From: Pseudolactococcus piscium
GTDB lineage: Bacteria > Bacillota > Bacilli > Lactobacillales > Streptococcaceae
NCBI RefSeq assembly: GCF_002441695.1
Contig: NZ_JXJW01000002.1
Span: forward strand, 64,060-88,059
DNA length: 24,000 bases
Direction: 5' to 3'
Below are positions 22,149 to 24,000 of this stretch, in pieces. Positions within the stretch are counted from its first letter, which is position 1; each line of letters starts with the position of its first letter. Below the pieces are notes generated by a model. The model was not told the origin of the DNA. It worked only from the letters and a program-made list of their open reading frames with translations, and searched no databases. The translations under genes were made by a program, and so were the position numbers.

Positions 22149-23132
22149 ATGATAATTTTTCCTAAAGGATTTAAGATAGGTGCTAGGACGGTTAAAACAG
22201 TTATTGCAGCCAGCTTAGCGATTTTTATAGCAGATCTGCTTGGTTTAGAATACGCGACGGCAGCAGGTGTTATCGCCATTTTGAGTGTCACGAATACAAA
22301 GAAATCAACGTTTAAGAGCGGTAAAAATCGCCTCTTAAATTTTTTGTTTGCCATGCTGCTGTCAACGATACTGTTTAATCTACTCGGTCATCACGTCCTT
22401 ATCTTTAGTCTCTTTTTGTTAGTTTTTATTCCGTGTTCCGCTGCCTGGGGTATGTCTGAGGCAATCGCACCAAACGCTGTTTTGGTGACGCACCTATTAG
22501 TTGCACCTCAGATTACGACATCCCTTTTGTTAAATGAATTTTTACTGAACTTTATCGCCATATCGCTTGCTTTTATCGTCAACTGGAAGATGCCTAATTT
22601 TCAGGATGAATTGACTGCACGAGAAAAACGCGTTGAGCACCATTTTCGGGATCTCTTTAAGCGCTTAAGTTTTATCATGGATAAAAAAATAGAGCAGACA
22701 CATTTTTTACATAAGGTCGAAGATTTAGAAGGCTATATCCTGGATAGTTTGGTGATCGCTAGAAGACATATGGATAATAAACTGAGTGGGAATACCAGTG
22801 GTAGTTATGATTATTTGACCATGAGAGCGACACAGGTTGAACTCTTTCGGGAAATAACTGAAATTTTGATTCAGATCGATATGACCGGTCAAGACCAACA
22901 GTTTCAATCACTAGAACAGCTTTTTAAGGCCATTAGTGACACCTATGCGCGTGATAATAATGGTAAGGCACTGATGGCACAAACTGAAGAGATATTAAGG
23001 CACTATCGTGCCAGTGAGCTACCAAAAACAAGGGAAGAATTTGAAGTCCGTGCTAGGCTATTCCAAATACTCCAGTTAATTCAAACCTTTATCCAAATCA
23101 AGCATGATTATGTAATAGAAAGTAGAGCTTAA
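22149..23132 (+). CDS. FUSC / aromatic-acid-exporter-like membrane protein (UPF0421, YgaE/YqjA-like)
   Basis: 327-aa ORF. The N-terminal half has about 5 TM helices beginning FKIGARTVKTVIAASLAIFIADLL, and the C-terminal half is a soluble helical domain. The family call is from memory of this architecture. Confidence 0.6.
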   Translation: MIIFPKGFKIGARTVKTVIAASLAIFIADLLGLEYATAAGVIAILSVTNTKKSTFKSGKNRLLNFLFAMLLSTILFNLLGHHVLIFSLFLLVFIPCSAAWGMSEAIAPNAVLVTHLLVAPQITTSLLLNEFLLNFIAISLAFIVNWKMPNFQDELTAREKRVEHHFRDLFKRLSFIMDKKIEQTHFLHKVEDLEGYILDSLVIARRHMDNKLSGNTSGSYDYLTMRATQVELFREITEILIQIDMTGQDQQFQSLEQLFKAISDTYARDNNGKALMAQTEEILRHYRASELPKTREEFEVRARLFQILQLIQTFIQIKHDYVIESRA

Positions 23133-23136
23133 GATA

Positions 23137-24000
23137 ATGACAAAAAAACAACTTGAGTCGAGCTTATTATTAGGGCTAACAGCCTTCATTTGGGGGATTG
23201 CCTTTGTTGCTCAGAAATCAGGTGCGCGTGATGTAGGCCCGCTCACCTTTAGCGCAAGTCGTTACTTTTTGGGTGCCATCGCTATCTTACCGTGTGCCTA
23301 TTTTTTCAGTGAGAAAAAGATGCCGACTGCAAAACGACGCCTCTCTTTATTAGCTGGTAGCCTTTGTGGTGCCCTGTTATTTGTCGCTAGTTTCTTACAG
23401 CAGATCGGTATCCAGCAGACAACTGTTGGTAAGGCAGGCTTTATCACAACGCTTTACATCATCATCATTCCCTTGATTGGCTTGCTATTTAAGCAACAAG
23501 TTGCCAAGCACGTCTGGTTTAGTGTGCTGTTAGCGCTAGTTGGTATGTATCTGCTTTGTTTGACAGATGGTAGATTCAGCATCCAATCTGGTGATGTCTA
23601 TGTCTTTTTTTGCGCGATTGGCTTTGCCTGTCAAATCCTGATTATCGATTATTTCCTACCCAAGGTAGATCCTATTTATTTTGCCATTACGCAGTTTTTT
23701 GTAGCGGGTCTGATCGCACTGATTTTCCTGCCTTTCTTTGAACCGCTAGATTTCTCAGGCATCATGTCAGCTAAAGTCTCTATTCTATACGCTGGTGTCA
23801 TCTCAGCTGGTATCGGCTATACCATGCAAATCATCGCGCAAAAACACGTACAACCAGTTCTTGCCTCTATGATTATGAGTCTGGAAGCTGTCTTCTCGCT
23901 ACTGGCAGGATTTCTGATTTTAGGAGACCGATTAACTATCCGAGAACTACTGGGCTGTCTCCTGGTATTTATGGCCATCATCTTTGCCCAATTACCGATC
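23137..24000 (+). CDS. EamA/DMT-superfamily transporter (3'-partial, runs off the window); not in the ORF track
   Basis: An ATG at 23137 opens a frame of 288 codons with no stop up to 24000 (read by eye). The product is polytopic and hydrophobic (MTKKQLESSLLLGLTAFIWGIAFVAQKSG...), typical of EamA repeats. Confidence 0.75.
   Translation, partial: MTKKQLESSLLLGLTAFIWGIAFVAQKSGARDVGPLTFSASRYFLGAIAILPCAYFFSEKKMPTAKRRLSLLAGSLCGALLFVASFLQQIGIQQTTVGKAGFITTLYIIIIPLIGLLFKQQVAKHVWFSVLLALVGMYLLCLTDGRFSIQSGDVYVFFCAIGFACQILIIDYFLPKVDPIYFAITQFFVAGLIALIFLPFFEPLDFSGIMSAKVSILYAGVISAGIGYTMQIIAQKHVQPVLASMIMSLEAVFSLLAGFLILGDRLTIRELLGCLLVFMAIIFAQLPI

Noticed and set aside
17233-22907. Track ORFs 17233-17436(-), 18760-18963(-), 19040-19318(-), 19943-20131(-), 21064-21354(-), 22085-22354(-) and 22725-22907(-)
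   Set aside because: All are antisense to or overlap confidently assigned plus-strand genes (the membrane protein, ispG, DUF218, purF and the FUSC-like gene). None has independent signals.
1-24000. Search for CRISPR arrays, tRNA, rRNA or tmRNA genes as alternative explanations for the integration site
   Set aside because: I found no regularly spaced repeats of 25-40 bp and no cloverleaf-like or rRNA-like GC-rich segments. The integration target is the 3' end of a protein-coding gene.

Overview
The window looks like chromosome from a low-GC Firmicute. Several features point to Lactobacillales: many TGnTATAAT extended -10 promoters, PurBox-type sites, a YhgE/Pip gene and an IS3-family element. 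I cannot assign a species.

Core genes in order:
- DeoR regulator and nagA, translationally coupled
- stand-alone DEDDh exonuclease
- TetR regulator divergent from YhgE/Pip
- Cof-type HAD phosphatase
- PurBox-preceded NCS2/AzgA purine permease
- small membrane peptide plus a membrane-anchored protein
- ispG and a DUF218 protein
- PurBox-preceded purF
- FUSC/aromatic-acid-exporter-like protein
- EamA/DMT transporter that runs off the 3' end and is missing from the ORF track

The stand-out feature is a strongly AT-rich insert of about 7.9 kb (8731-16612) in the 3' end of the permease gene. It is bracketed by 157-bp direct repeats (8574-8730 and 16613-16769, 155/157 identical), and the left copy preserves the permease reading frame.

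The insert carries:
- a tyrosine integrase
- a soluble KAP-family P-loop NTPase that is its own promoter-to-terminator unit
- a 710-bp non-coding region with iteron-like repeats, an operator-like inverted repeat and a near-consensus promoter
- an operon of eight tiny ORFs (33-113 aa) with no domains I recognise
- a divergent pair of orphan genes
- a frameshifted small ORF
- an IS3 element inactivated by one nonsense codon
- an outward-facing promoter at its right end

The KAP NTPase and the orphan small-gene cargo are my best candidate for an undescribed system, either anti-phage or satellite-like. That function is inference only. No CRISPR array, tRNA or rRNA was seen.
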